From an uncultured Gemmatimonadaceae bacterium (GTDB taxonomy: Bacteria > Gemmatimonadota > Gemmatimonadetes > Gemmatimonadales > Gemmatimonadaceae): 64,000 bases of DNA. Below, piece after piece: positions 1 through 10,600 of this stretch. The notes under the pieces are model-generated. The model searched no databases and had not been told where the DNA came from. It saw only the letters and a program-made list of their open reading frames with translations. The position numbers were made by a program, and so were the translations under genes. The DNA is taken from positions 1,984,001 through 2,048,000 of the forward strand of contig CAVXGK010000002.1 in NCBI GenBank assembly GCA_963761305.1, in the 5' to 3' direction. Every line of letters starts with the position of its first letter. The stretch's first letter is position 1.

Positions 1-1
1 C

Positions 2-241
2 CAGCTCTACGTTCGGGACATCCTTGCGTCGGTGGCTCGTCCGGTGATGCAACTGGCCGGTTTCCAACGCGTGACCCTGAAGCCGGGCGAGTCGCAGGAC
101 GTGAGTTTTTCGCTCGGGCGCGAACAGCTGCAGATGCTCGACCGCAACCTGCATTGGGTCGTCGAGCCCGGCACGTTCCGCGTGCTCATCGGTGGGTCGT
201 CACGCGACATCCGTCTTCGCGGGGACTTGGTGGTGCGTTGA
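2..241 (+). CDS. C-terminal fragment of GH3 beta-glucosidase (Fn3-like domain), partial at window edge
   Basis: Frame open from base 2: QLYVRDILASVARPVMQLAGFQRVTLKPGES...VVEPGTFRVLIGGSS, the typical GH3 C-terminal Fn3-like signature. Confidence 0.9.
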   Translation, partial: QLYVRDILASVARPVMQLAGFQRVTLKPGESQDVSFSLGREQLQMLDRNLHWVVEPGTFRVLIGGSSRDIRLRGDLVVR

Positions 242-279
242 GGCTGTCGGTCGGGAAACCTCCGCGCGCCGAATCGGCT

Positions 280-384
280 GCCGCGGGAACAGAACACAAA
301 CTGAGTGAACACAACGGATAGGGTATTATTTGACCTTCTCCGTTGTTGTCGGTTCACTCCGTTAGTGTCTGTTTCATTCGCGGC
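280..384 (+). other. Long imperfect intergenic hairpin (~105 nt)
   Basis: Nested complementary blocks: gccgcg/cgcggc, gaacag/ctgttt, acac/gtgt, gagtgaac(303-310)/gttcactc(352-359), acaacgga(311-318)/tccgttgt(339-346). Confidence 0.7.
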
Positions 385-545
385 TGCACGCCGGGCGCAA
401 CAGTGTTTCCCGCTCGAGCTGGCCGCGCCGGCGTTTGTGACGGTTGTGCGTCAATCCCGTGACAATTGGCCGACGTCAGTGCCCGGACGGGAATCCAAGT
501 GTCATAATATCGTAGGGCTCATCCTGCGACCTGTGACAACCGCCT

Positions 546-1415
546 ATGCACTATCGCGCTATCTGGATCTCCGACGTGCACCTGGGTACCAAACACGCCC
601 AGGTCGGCAAACTCCTCGAATTCCTCCGCGACACCGAATCCGCCCACCTCTATATCGTGGGCGATTTCATTGATGGGTGGCAGTTGCGCCGCAAGTGGTT
701 CTGGGACGACGATTACAACACGCTGATCCAGAAACTCCTGCGGAAAAACCGCAAGCACACCCGGGTGACGTTCATCACCGGCAACCACGACGAGTTCCTG
801 GAGAAGTTCTTCGGGATCCCGTTCGGGACGGTACAGCTGGCCGAGCGCGCGGTACACACGGGCGCCGACGGGAAACAGTATCTCGTCATCCACGGCCACC
901 AGTTCGACGGACTCGTGCACTTCAACCGGCTGCTGGAGCGGGTCGGCACGGTGCTGTACGACAAGATCCTCGACATGAATGTCATGATCAACCGGATCCG
1001 CCGCAGCTTCGGCTTCGGCTACTGGTCGTTCGCGTCGTACATCAAGCTGCGGGCGAAGAGCGCGGTGAAGTACGTGACCGACTACGAAGACACGATGCTC
1101 CAGTTCGGCCGCAAGAGCGGGATGGCGGGCGTGATCTGCGGACACATCCATCGCCCCGAGATTCGACAAGTCGGCGACATGACCTACATGAACTGCGGGG
1201 ATTGGGTCGAGAACTGCACGGCGCTGGTCGAGGATTTCGACGGCAACTTCAGCCTCATTCGATTCCATGAGAGTGATGTTCACGGTGCAGGGCGAGGGCC
1301 GGGGGCACATGACCCAGGCGATCGCGATGCAGGAGATGCTGCGGCGACACGGTCATCGCGTCGACGCCGTCCTCGTCGGGTCCAATCAGAACCGGAGCCT
1401 GCCGGCGTTCTTTGA
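546..1415 (+). CDS. Calcineurin-like metallophosphoesterase, UDP-2,3-diacylglucosamine diphosphatase-like (YbbF/LpxH family)
   Basis: Motifs SDVHLG, GDFIDGW, GNHDE, HGHQFD, CGHIH, NCGDWVE. Confidence 0.88.
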   Translation: MHYRAIWISDVHLGTKHAQVGKLLEFLRDTESAHLYIVGDFIDGWQLRRKWFWDDDYNTLIQKLLRKNRKHTRVTFITGNHDEFLEKFFGIPFGTVQLAERAVHTGADGKQYLVIHGHQFDGLVHFNRLLERVGTVLYDKILDMNVMINRIRRSFGFGYWSFASYIKLRAKSAVKYVTDYEDTMLQFGRKSGMAGVICGHIHRPEIRQVGDMTYMNCGDWVENCTALVEDFDGNFSLIRFHESDVHGAGRGPGAHDPGDRDAGDAAATRSSRRRRPRRVQSEPEPAGVL

Positions 1416-2397
1416 GGAGGCGTTCGCCGGACGCGTCCGCCCGATCGCCAGCCCCGGCTTTGCCGTCGCCGGCGGGCGCGGCATCTCTCTCATCGGCTCG
1501 GCGGCGGGCGCGCTGGCGAAAGCGCCGAGCTTCCGGAAGAGCCTCGCCGCGATTCACGAGACGGTCACGTCGGTTCAGCCCGATCTGATCGTCAACTTCC
1601 TCGAGCCGCTGCTCGGCGTGTACAACACGATCCGCCGGCATCACGTGCCGGTGCTCGCCGTCGGGCATCAGTTCATGCTCGACCATCCCGCGTTCGTGCA
1701 AGACCGACAATGGTCGCTCGACCGCCTCGGCATGGGCGCGTACGTCGCGCTGACCGGCGCGCGGTCGGCGCGGCTCGCGCTCTCGTTCTACCGCGCGGAC
1801 GACATGCCGAACCGCCGACTGTTCGTCTGTCCGCCCATTCTCCGACGTCAGGTCTTCGAGCAGCAAACCGACTCGTTCGACGGACACCTGCTGGTCTACC
1901 TGCTCAACCACGGCTACGCGGACGACGTCGTGCGCTGGCACCGCGAGCATCCTCAGGTGCCGATTCACTGTTTCTACGACAAACCGGGCGCTCCGGACGA
2001 AGAGCGGGTCGACGCCCATCTCACGTTCCACAAGCTCCACGGCGAGAAATTCCTGCGCCTCATGGCGTCGTCGCGAGGCGTCGCGTGCACCGCCGGCTTC
2101 GAGTCGGTGAGCGAAGCGGCGTACCTCGGCAAACAGGTGCTCATGATTCCGGTCGAGAATCATTTCGAGCAATACCTGAACGCACGCGACGCCGAGCGAA
2201 CCGGCATCGGGCTCGCGGACACGACGTTCAAACTCTCACGATTGCTCGACCCGGTGCGACCCGGTGTCACGGCCGATTTTCGCCGATGGGTCGATCAGGC
2301 GGAGACGATCGCGATGCGCGCCATCGAGAGTGTCGCCGGTGCCGGGCGCGCGGTCTCCACGCCGAATCCTCCGGAGCTCGCCTCGCGCGCTGGCTAG
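1267..2397 (+). CDS. Glycosyltransferase, MJ1255/VC2487-like GT-B family
   Basis: N-terminal QGEGRGHMTQA; C-terminal TAGFESVSEAAYLGK..P...HFEQYLNA. Confidence 0.85.
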   Translation: MRVMFTVQGEGRGHMTQAIAMQEMLRRHGHRVDAVLVGSNQNRSLPAFFEEAFAGRVRPIASPGFAVAGGRGISLIGSAAGALAKAPSFRKSLAAIHETVTSVQPDLIVNFLEPLLGVYNTIRRHHVPVLAVGHQFMLDHPAFVQDRQWSLDRLGMGAYVALTGARSARLALSFYRADDMPNRRLFVCPPILRRQVFEQQTDSFDGHLLVYLLNHGYADDVVRWHREHPQVPIHCFYDKPGAPDEERVDAHLTFHKLHGEKFLRLMASSRGVACTAGFESVSEAAYLGKQVLMIPVENHFEQYLNARDAERTGIGLADTTFKLSRLLDPVRPGVTADFRRWVDQAETIAMRAIESVAGAGRAVSTPNPPELASRAG

Positions 2398-3795
2398 CTA
2401 CGCGAAGAGCTTGATCGCCACCGCGTCAGGCGTCGCGACGGCGGCGTCGATCGTGAGACGCAGACGCTGGACGCGCAGCGGGACGAAGCGGTCGAGCTTC
2501 GCGTAGCCGATCGTCGTACCGTTCGACAGTGGGCGCCACGTGTCTTCCCCTTCCCGCTCGGCGCCCTCCAGCGTGTAGCGCGCCACGCGTTGGCCGCGCG
2601 CGGTGTTCTCGGAGAGACGCGCGATGCCCACCGTGACCGGCTCGGCGAGGTCGATCTCGAGACGCGCGGTTCGGTCGCCGGTCGTGCGCCAATCATGACG
2701 ATGCGCGCGAACGAGATCCTCGGCGAACAGAGCGTCGCGACGCTCGCGGAACTCGCGCAGCCGGGCGACGTCGGTCGCGTGGACGAGGCCGTCGCGTGTC
2801 GGCGGAACGTTGAGCAGCAGCTTGCCGTTCCGGCCGACCGACGTGAAATAGAGATTCATCAAGTCGTCGACCGATCGAACGCGCGCGTCTTCGCTCGGGT
2901 GATAGAACCATCCGGGGCGAATCGAGACGTCCATTTCCGCCGGGCGCCACACCGCACCGAGTGGATCGCCGTGCTGCAGCGCGTCGATGATGCCGGGGCC
3001 GTCGGCGCCTGGGTACGTGACGATCGACGGATTCACCGTCGACCAGTTCGGATCGCCGGCGACGCCGCGCTCGTTGCCGCACCAGCGCACGTCGGGGCCC
3101 GCGTCGGAGAACATCACGGCGCTCGGTTGGAGACGTCGCACGGTGGAGAAGACGCGCGGCCAGTCGTAGACCTGCTTCTTGCCGTTCGGCCCCTCACCGT
3201 TCGCGCCGTCGAACCAGACTTCGGCGATGGGCCCGTAGTGCGTCAGCAGCTCGGTGAGCTGTTCGATGTACAGATCGTTGTAACGCGCCGAGTCGCCGTA
3301 CGCCGGGTTGTTGCGATCCCACGGCGAGAGGTAGAGACCGCACTTGAGGTCTTCGGCCCGGCACGCGTCGACGAACTCGCGCACGACATCGCCATGGCCG
3401 TCTCGGAACGGGCTCGAAGCGACCGAGTGCGTGGTCGTGCGCGTCGGCCAGAGGCAGAAGCCGTCGTGGTGCTTCGCGGTGAGGATCATCGCGCGGAAGC
3501 CGGCGGCGCGCGCGCCGGTCGCCCATTGCCGCGCGTCCAACGACGCCGGCGCGAACGAACGTGGATCCTCGTGCCCGTCGCCCCATTCGCGATCGCTGAA
3601 CGTGTTGACGCCGAAGTGCAGGAACATCGCCAGCTCGTCGCGCTGCCACTCGAGCTGCGGCGAGGTCGGTCGCGGACGACTGTTGGCGATCGGGCCAGAT
3701 TCCTCGCGGGTCCGGATGCACGCGGCGGCCGCCGCCGTCGCGGCGACTTTGACGAACGCGCGACGGGAGAGCCCGCCGCCGTTTCTCATCGTCAC
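2398..3795 (-). CDS. Alpha-L-fucosidase (GH29), Tat-exported
   Basis: SRRAFVK twin-arginine signal; FLHFG, TAKHHDGFCLW, YLSPWD, WFDGA, SVGRN..LLLN motifs. Confidence 0.92.
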   Translation of the reverse strand: MTMRNGGGLSRRAFVKVAATAAAAACIRTREESGPIANSRPRPTSPQLEWQRDELAMFLHFGVNTFSDREWGDGHEDPRSFAPASLDARQWATGARAAGFRAMILTAKHHDGFCLWPTRTTTHSVASSPFRDGHGDVVREFVDACRAEDLKCGLYLSPWDRNNPAYGDSARYNDLYIEQLTELLTHYGPIAEVWFDGANGEGPNGKKQVYDWPRVFSTVRRLQPSAVMFSDAGPDVRWCGNERGVAGDPNWSTVNPSIVTYPGADGPGIIDALQHGDPLGAVWRPAEMDVSIRPGWFYHPSEDARVRSVDDLMNLYFTSVGRNGKLLLNVPPTRDGLVHATDVARLREFRERRDALFAEDLVRAHRHDWRTTGDRTARLEIDLAEPVTVGIARLSENTARGQRVARYTLEGAEREGEDTWRPLSNGTTIGYAKLDRFVPLRVQRLRLTIDAAVATPDAVAIKLFA

Positions 3796-5864
3796 CAGAG
3801 ATGGGGAACGAGATTCGCCGGCCTCACCATCGGATCGCCGGGCTTACAGCCGAACGCGGCCGCGAACGCCGGAAAATTGGAGAGCGGCCCGTTGTCTCGC
3901 CACTTCTCCGGGGCGTGCGGGTCGACGACGACGCGCGTGCGCATCGTCTCGGGACGGTTGTGCGTGCGCCAACTCTGCGCGTAGGCGATGAAGAACCGCT
4001 GCTCGGGCGTGAAGCCGTCGACGAGCTGCTTGGGACGGCCGTTCCGCTGGAGTGCGCGCTGGAGCGCGTCATAGCCGGTGAGAATGCCGCCAAAGTCGGC
4101 GATGTTCTCGCCGAGCGTGAGCTTGCCGTTCACGTGGAGCGTGTCCACCTGGATGTAGCCGTTGAACTGGTCGACGACCTTCTGCGCTTCCTTGGTGAAC
4201 TTGAGGGAATCGGTCGGCGTCCACCAATCGCGGAGGTTGCCCTGTGCGTCGTAGTGGCGGCCTTCGTCGTCGAAGCCGTGCGTCAACTCGTGCCCGGCCC
4301 AACTGCCGCCGAGTGCTCCATAGTTCGCCGCATCGTCGGCGCTCGGGTCGAACGTCTGCGGGACGAGCGCGCCGGCCGGGAAGACCATCTCGTTCTTGGT
4401 GGGATCGTAGAACGCGTTCACCGTGGGAACGGTGATGCCCCACTCCGTCGTGTCGACGGGCGCGCCCGGACGATTCGCGGTGCGCTTCCACTCGAACGCG
4501 TTCGCGCTCGCCACGTTGCCGACAAACGGGCCGTCGGTCGTCACGAGGGCCGAGTAGTCGCGCCACTTGTCCGGGTAGCCGACTTTCTCGTGCATCTTGG
4601 CCAGCTTGTCGAGCGCCTGCTTCTTTGTCGCGTCGGACATCCAGTCGAGCTTCTTCACGCGCTCGCCGAACGAGGCGCGGATGTCGTCGATCACGGCTCT
4701 TGCCCGCGTGCGCGCTTGCGGCGAGAAGGTCTTGGCGATGTACGCCTGGCCGAGCGCTTCGCCGATCAGCCCGTCGGTCGTGCGCAGGCAGCGCTTCCAC
4801 CGAGGCAGCAACTCCTTGGCGCCGCTGAAATGCGAATTGAACTTGAAGTTCTCGTCGACGAACGCCTTGTTGAGATACGGCGACGCCGCGGAGAGCGCAT
4901 GGTAGCGCAGATACGCTTTCCAATCGTCGAGCGGCGTGTTGGCGATCAGCGCGTCGACGCGCTTGAAGAACGCCGGTTCGGCGACGTTGACCTTGTTCAC
5001 TGGAACCGTGACCGCGACGTCGCGCAGATAGGTTGCCCAATCGACGTTCGGCGCAGTCTCGTGGAACTTGGCCATCGTCATCACGTGGTCGGTCGCCGCC
5101 GGGTCGCGACGCGCGACGCGCGTGAGCTGCGACTTCGCCATTTCCGTCTCGAGGGCGAGGATCTTGGCGGCGTCGGCGCGCGCCTTCGCGACGTCTTCAC
5201 CGCCGAGCGTCAGCGTTCTGGCGATGTGAGCGACGTACAACGTTCGCGTCGAATCGGATTCCTTGTCGGTCTTGGTGTAGTAGTCCCGGTCGGGAAGGCC
5301 GAGTCCGCCGGCGTCGAATCCGCCGATGTAGTGCGTGGCGTCGTGGACGTCGACCTGCGCGCCGTACGAGAAGCCGACGTCGGCACCGGCCACCTGGAGG
5401 TGCGCGATCGCCGCGACGAGCGCCGGGCGCGTCTTGATCGAGTCGATCGACGCGAGCAGCGGCTTCACCGGCGAGAGACCGTCGCGCTCGGCCGCCGACG
5501 AGTCCATGCACGTGGCGTAGAAGGTGCCGAGCTTGTGCTCGGTGCTCTGCGCGGGCGTGGAGCCGCGCTTCGCCATGGCGTCGTCGAGCACCGAGCGCAC
5601 GGCGAGCTCGTTGCGGTCGCTCATGTCGCGGCCGACCCCCGACGACGAGTACGCGGCCGGAATCGTGTCGTGCTTGAACCACGTTCCGTTGGCGAAGGAG
5701 AAGAAGTCCACGCACGCGCTCACCGACTTGTCCATGTACGACGGGTCGATGACCTTGAGCGGCGGGAGCGCCTTCTGCGCGACGGCCGGGGCCGAGGCGG
5801 CCGAGAGCGCGAGCGAGGCGAGGATCAGGGAACGGACGTGGCGCCGGAGAGGATTCGGATTCAT
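3792..5864 (-). CDS. M13 family (neprilysin-like) zinc metallopeptidase, secreted
   Basis: CVDFFSFANG, VNAFY, HELTHGFDD, GENIAD, DPHAP; signal peptide after ATG 5864. Confidence 0.95.
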   Translation of the reverse strand: MNPNPLRRHVRSLILASLALSAASAPAVAQKALPPLKVIDPSYMDKSVSACVDFFSFANGTWFKHDTIPAAYSSSGVGRDMSDRNELAVRSVLDDAMAKRGSTPAQSTEHKLGTFYATCMDSSAAERDGLSPVKPLLASIDSIKTRPALVAAIAHLQVAGADVGFSYGAQVDVHDATHYIGGFDAGGLGLPDRDYYTKTDKESDSTRTLYVAHIARTLTLGGEDVAKARADAAKILALETEMAKSQLTRVARRDPAATDHVMTMAKFHETAPNVDWATYLRDVAVTVPVNKVNVAEPAFFKRVDALIANTPLDDWKAYLRYHALSAASPYLNKAFVDENFKFNSHFSGAKELLPRWKRCLRTTDGLIGEALGQAYIAKTFSPQARTRARAVIDDIRASFGERVKKLDWMSDATKKQALDKLAKMHEKVGYPDKWRDYSALVTTDGPFVGNVASANAFEWKRTANRPGAPVDTTEWGITVPTVNAFYDPTKNEMVFPAGALVPQTFDPSADDAANYGALGGSWAGHELTHGFDDEGRHYDAQGNLRDWWTPTDSLKFTKEAQKVVDQFNGYIQVDTLHVNGKLTLGENIADFGGILTGYDALQRALQRNGRPKQLVDGFTPEQRFFIAYAQSWRTHNRPETMRTRVVVDPHAPEKWRDNGPLSNFPAFAAAFGCKPGDPMVRPANLVPHLW

Positions 5865-5976
5865 CGTTCGTGAGGTCGAGGATTGTCGTCGAACGTAGTC
5901 CCGCACTCGAGGACGGTCAACGCGAGCCGCGCCTCCGCCCTTGGTTTACAACTCCAACACACTTCGCTCGCCACCC

Positions 5977-7620
5977 ATGCGGACACTCGTACGCTCGCTC
6001 GCCGCTCTCGCGCTGATTCCTGTCGCCGTTCCCCCGGGGGCGGCCCAGCGCGCGCCGCGAGCGTTCACGCACGCCGACACGCTGCGGGGCAGCAACGGTC
6101 CGGGGCGTGCGTGGTGGGACGCGACGTTCTACGATCTCCACGTGGCGGTGAACCCGGCCGACAGCAGCATCCGCGGCTGGAACGCGATCACGTACCGCGT
6201 GCTCAGCGCGCCGCGCGAGATGCAGATCGATCTACAGACGCCGCTCGAGGTGGATAGCATGCTGCAGGACGGCAAGCGGCTGACCTATCGACGCGACGGG
6301 AACGCGTTCTTCGTGAACGTGCCGACGGCGCGCGCCGCGGCGACGGGAACGGTCACCGTCTTCTATCATGGCAAGCCGCGCGTCGCGATGCGGCCGCCTT
6401 GGGACGGGGGCTACATCTGGCAGCAGGACAGCCTTGGACGCCGCTGGATCGCGACGGCCAACGAAGGACTCGGCGCGAGCGTGTGGTGGCCGAACAAGGA
6501 CTATCTGGCCGACGAGCCGGACAGCCAGCGGATCGCGATCACGGTGCCCGACTCGATGGTCGACGTCTCGAACGGACGTCTGCGCAACACGACCCACAAC
6601 GCCGATGGCACGACCACCTACGAGTGGTTCGTCGCCGACCCGATCAACAACTACGACGTCGAAGTGAACGCCGGGCAGTACGCGCATTGGAGCGACACGT
6701 TCAACGGCGAAAGCGGCCCGTTGTCGCTCGACTTCTGGGTGATCTCCTACCATGCCGACACGGCGAAGGTGCAATTCCAGCAGGCGAAGTCGATGCTCGC
6801 GTGCTTCGAGCACTGGTTCGGACCATACCCGTGGTACAAGGACGGCTACAAGCTGATCGAAGCGCCGCACCTGGGCATGGAGCACCAGAGCGGCGTCGCG
6901 TACGGCAACAAGTTCAAGAACGGCTACAGCGGCCGCGATCTCTCGGGCACGGGCGAGGGGATGAAATGGGATTTCATCATCGTGCACGAGAGCGCGCACG
7001 AGTGGTGGGGGAACAGCATCACGGTCAAAGACGCCGCCGACATGTGGATCCACGAAGGTTTCGCCAACTACGCCGAGGGGCTCTACGCCGAGTGCCAGGA
7101 CGGCAAGGAGGCGGGCGCACAGTACATCATCGGGAGCCGCCGCAACATCCGGAACGACGCCCCGATCATCGGCACGTACGGCGTGAACTCGGAAGGTTCG
7201 GGCGACATGTACTACAAGGGCGGCAGCATGCTGCACATGATCCGCCAACTGGTGAACGACGACGAAAAATGGCGTTCGATCCTGCGCGGCATCCAGTCCA
7301 CCTTCCGGCACAAGACGGTGACGGGCCAGCAGATCGAGGACTACATGATCAAGGCGTCGGGGCTGAACCTCGCGCCGATCTTCCAGCAGTATCTGACGAC
7401 GACCAAGATTCCAACTCTCGAGTACAAACAAACCGGCGCCGGAACGGAGTACCGCTGGGCGGACGTGGTGCCCGGTTTCGCGATGCCGGTGCGCGCCAAC
7501 GGCACGCTGCTGCGCCCGACGGAAGCCTGGAAGACGATGCCGCACGCCGACACGCTCGCCGTCGACCCGAACTTCTACGTGTTGACGAAGAAGCTCGAGC
7601 CGACGGCAGGCGGCGGTTAG
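5977..7620 (+). CDS. M1 family aminopeptidase, secreted
   Basis: LGMEHQ (GAMEN-like), HESAHEWWGN, EGFANY, YYKGG; signal peptide. Confidence 0.93.
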   Translation: MRTLVRSLAALALIPVAVPPGAAQRAPRAFTHADTLRGSNGPGRAWWDATFYDLHVAVNPADSSIRGWNAITYRVLSAPREMQIDLQTPLEVDSMLQDGKRLTYRRDGNAFFVNVPTARAAATGTVTVFYHGKPRVAMRPPWDGGYIWQQDSLGRRWIATANEGLGASVWWPNKDYLADEPDSQRIAITVPDSMVDVSNGRLRNTTHNADGTTTYEWFVADPINNYDVEVNAGQYAHWSDTFNGESGPLSLDFWVISYHADTAKVQFQQAKSMLACFEHWFGPYPWYKDGYKLIEAPHLGMEHQSGVAYGNKFKNGYSGRDLSGTGEGMKWDFIIVHESAHEWWGNSITVKDAADMWIHEGFANYAEGLYAECQDGKEAGAQYIIGSRRNIRNDAPIIGTYGVNSEGSGDMYYKGGSMLHMIRQLVNDDEKWRSILRGIQSTFRHKTVTGQQIEDYMIKASGLNLAPIFQQYLTTTKIPTLEYKQTGAGTEYRWADVVPGFAMPVRANGTLLRPTEAWKTMPHADTLAVDPNFYVLTKKLEPTAGGG

Positions 7621-10600
7621 GGAGCGATTCGCTTGGTGTAGTCCGGCGCCGTCGGACGCTTGGGCTGTTTTTCAACCGCGGTCATCACTTCCTTGATCGC
7701 CGCTTCGAGCTGCGGATCGACGCCCTTCGCGAGCTGCGTCGGGTCGTCGACGACGTCGATGTCGGGCTCCACACCGTGGCCTTCGATGATCCATTTGCCG
7801 TCGGTCCCATAGACGGCGAATGTCGGCGCGGTGACGTTGCCACCGTCGACGAAGGACGGCGTGCCACTGATGCCGATGAGTCCACCCCACGTGCGTCGGC
7901 CGATCAGGGGCCCAAGTCCGCGTTGCTTGAAGTAGTACGGGAACGCGTCACCGCCCGAGCCGCTCCAGCCGTTGACGAGCATCGCCTTCGGCCCGGCGTT
8001 GGCGATCGGTGGCGTCTGCTGCGGCACGCCGTCGCGCGTCTTCCAATAGCTCTCGATCGGACGGTCGAGCAGCTCGACGAAGCGATCGGGAATCTGTCCG
8101 CCGCTGTTGAACCGTTCGTCGATGATCATGCCGTCCTTGTCGGTCTGGGCGCGGTACTGCCGCACGAGCTCCGTCTGGCCGTCGATGCCGGTGTTCGGGA
8201 CGTAGACGTATCCGACGCGTCCGTGCGTCGCCTGATCGACGCGCTTTCGGTTCGACTCGATCCACGCGAGGTTGCGCAAGCGCGATTCGTCGGCGAGCGG
8301 CTTGACGAGCACCGTGCGTGCGCCGGTGAGCGTCGGTTTGTCGTTGACCGTGATCGACACGACGGCGTTCGCCAGGCCCTCGAACGATGCGCCGACGTCC
8401 TTCGTCGGATCGAGCGGCTTGCCGTTCACGGCGAGCAGGTAATCGCCTTCACTCACCTTGATGCCCGGGCGCTTGAGCGGCGACCGCACTTCGCTGTCCC
8501 ACTCGCCGCCGTCGTAGATCTTGGTGATGCAGAGGTAGCCGCCCTCGAGCGCGAAGTCGGCGCCGAGGAGACCGATGTTGCGGCGCGGGCCGTTCTCGTA
8601 CTGGCCGCCCTGCACGTACGTGTGCGACGAGTTCAGCTCGCCGATCAATTCGCCGAGCACGAACGACACGTCCCATCGCGAGACGGCGTCGTCGATCAGC
8701 TTGCCGTAGCGCGAGCGCATCGTGTTCCAGTCGACGCCGTGCATGCCCGGGTCGTAGAAGTAATCGCGCTCGATGCGCCACGCGTCGTTGAACATCTGGT
8801 GCCACTCGGCCGATGGATCGACGGTCATCGTCATCGTCGCCGTGGCGAGCTTCTTGTCGAGCTTCTGCGCGGGCTTGGGGTCGACGATGAACCAGTCCTG
8901 CGCGTTGCGGACGAGGATCTTCTTGCCGTCGTCTGACGTGACGAAGCCCAGCGCGTTGTCGACGATCGTTTTCTCTTCGCGGTCGCTCAGCTCGAACGAG
9001 ATGATCGGCGTCGGCCCCTGCGCGGCGCCGGTGCGAATGCCCCGCCGGTAGAGGACGCGGCCCGAGAGCGCCGTGAGCCCCGAGTAGTTGCCCGGCGCCG
9101 CCGGCAGCACGTCGACGCGTCGTTCGAAATCCGTGAAATCGATGTTCACGTCTCCGCCCTTGACGGGGGCGGTCGCTTCGGGCGGCGCGCCTTCCTCGTC
9201 GCTGCGCGGCGCGAGCGGCGACGCGACGTCGGCACGCAGCGGCACGACGACGACGTTCGTGCTGTTGACGTACGCCCACGAGTTGTCGAGATCGCTGTAC
9301 GACGGCGCGAACGTGCGGCTCGACAGGAAGTAGAGGTACTTGCCGTCGGGGTCGAACGACGGCGAGCGGTCGTTGTAGTAGCCGGTCGTCACCTGGTGCG
9401 GCGCGCCGCCGGTGCGGGCGTCGTAGATGAAGATCGCGTTCTGCGCGTTGGGGAGATCGCGCGAATACGCCAGCCATCGGCTGTCGCCGGACCAACTCAC
9501 GTGGAAGCCGGCGAGGTTTCCGTGCAGCCAGTTGAGCGCCTTGTCGACGTTCGTCACCTGGCCCGACGTGACGTCGACGACGTGGATGCGCATCGCCTGG
9601 TCGATGAACGCGATCTTCTTGCTGTCGGGCGACCAGTACGGTTGATACCGGAAGCCGGGGCCGAGCTTGGTGACCGTGCGCTCTTCGCCGGAACCGTCGG
9701 CGTTGCGCAGTGTGAGCTCGTACTCGCCGGTCTTGTCGCTCCAGTACGCGATGAGCTTGCCGTCGGGAGACCAAGCCGGCGTGCGCTCGGCCGACGCGGA
9801 CGTCTCGGTGAGATCGCGGACCGGGCCGTTCTCGGCGGGTACGGTGAACAGATCGCCGTGCGCCTCGAAGAGCGCGCGCTTGCCCGTCGGCGAAAGCGAC
9901 GCCGACGCGATCTCGGTGCCCACGTCCTGCGGATGCGGGCGAAGCGACGCACGATCGGTCACGACGTGCACCGGGACCTCGTGCATCTTCTCGGTGGCGA
10001 GGTCGAGGAGATACATGCGGCTTCCCGCCTGGAAGACGATGTCGGACGGGCCGAGCGACGGATACTTCACGTCGAAGTCGCCGAAGTCGGTGACCTGATG
10101 GAAGCGCGTCGTCTTGGTGTCGTACGCCCAGATGTTGCCGCGCTCGTTCTTGCCGCGATCGGAGAGAAAGAAGAGCGTCGAGCCGGACCACATCGGCTGC
10201 CCGTCGTTGGCCTCGTCGTGCGTGATGTTCTTGGACGCGTGCGTGTCGAGGTCGAAGGTCCAGATGTCGGGCGCCCAGCCGCCGCGGTAGCGCTTCCACG
10301 TGCGTGCGTCGACCGCCTCGGGGAGATAGGCGATCGTTTTCGCGTCCGGCGAGAACGACGCGAACTCGCCGTACGGCACGGGGAGCGCGACGGGCACGCC
10401 GCCGGTCTTCGAGATCTTGAACAACTTGTTGTAGCGGTTGGTCTCGCTCGTCCGATTCGACGCGATGAGGAGCGATTGGCCGTCCGGATACCAGGCGACC
10501 ACACGATCGCTGCCGGGATGGTACGTCAGGCGCGTCGCTTCGCCGCCGGCCGCCGGGATCGTGTAGACCTCGTCGTTGCCGTCGTAGTCGGCGGTGAAGG

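Noticed and set aside
546..1415. Assigning gene symbol lpxH
   Set aside because: Family-level similarity only; pairing with a glycosyltransferase suggests a different role.
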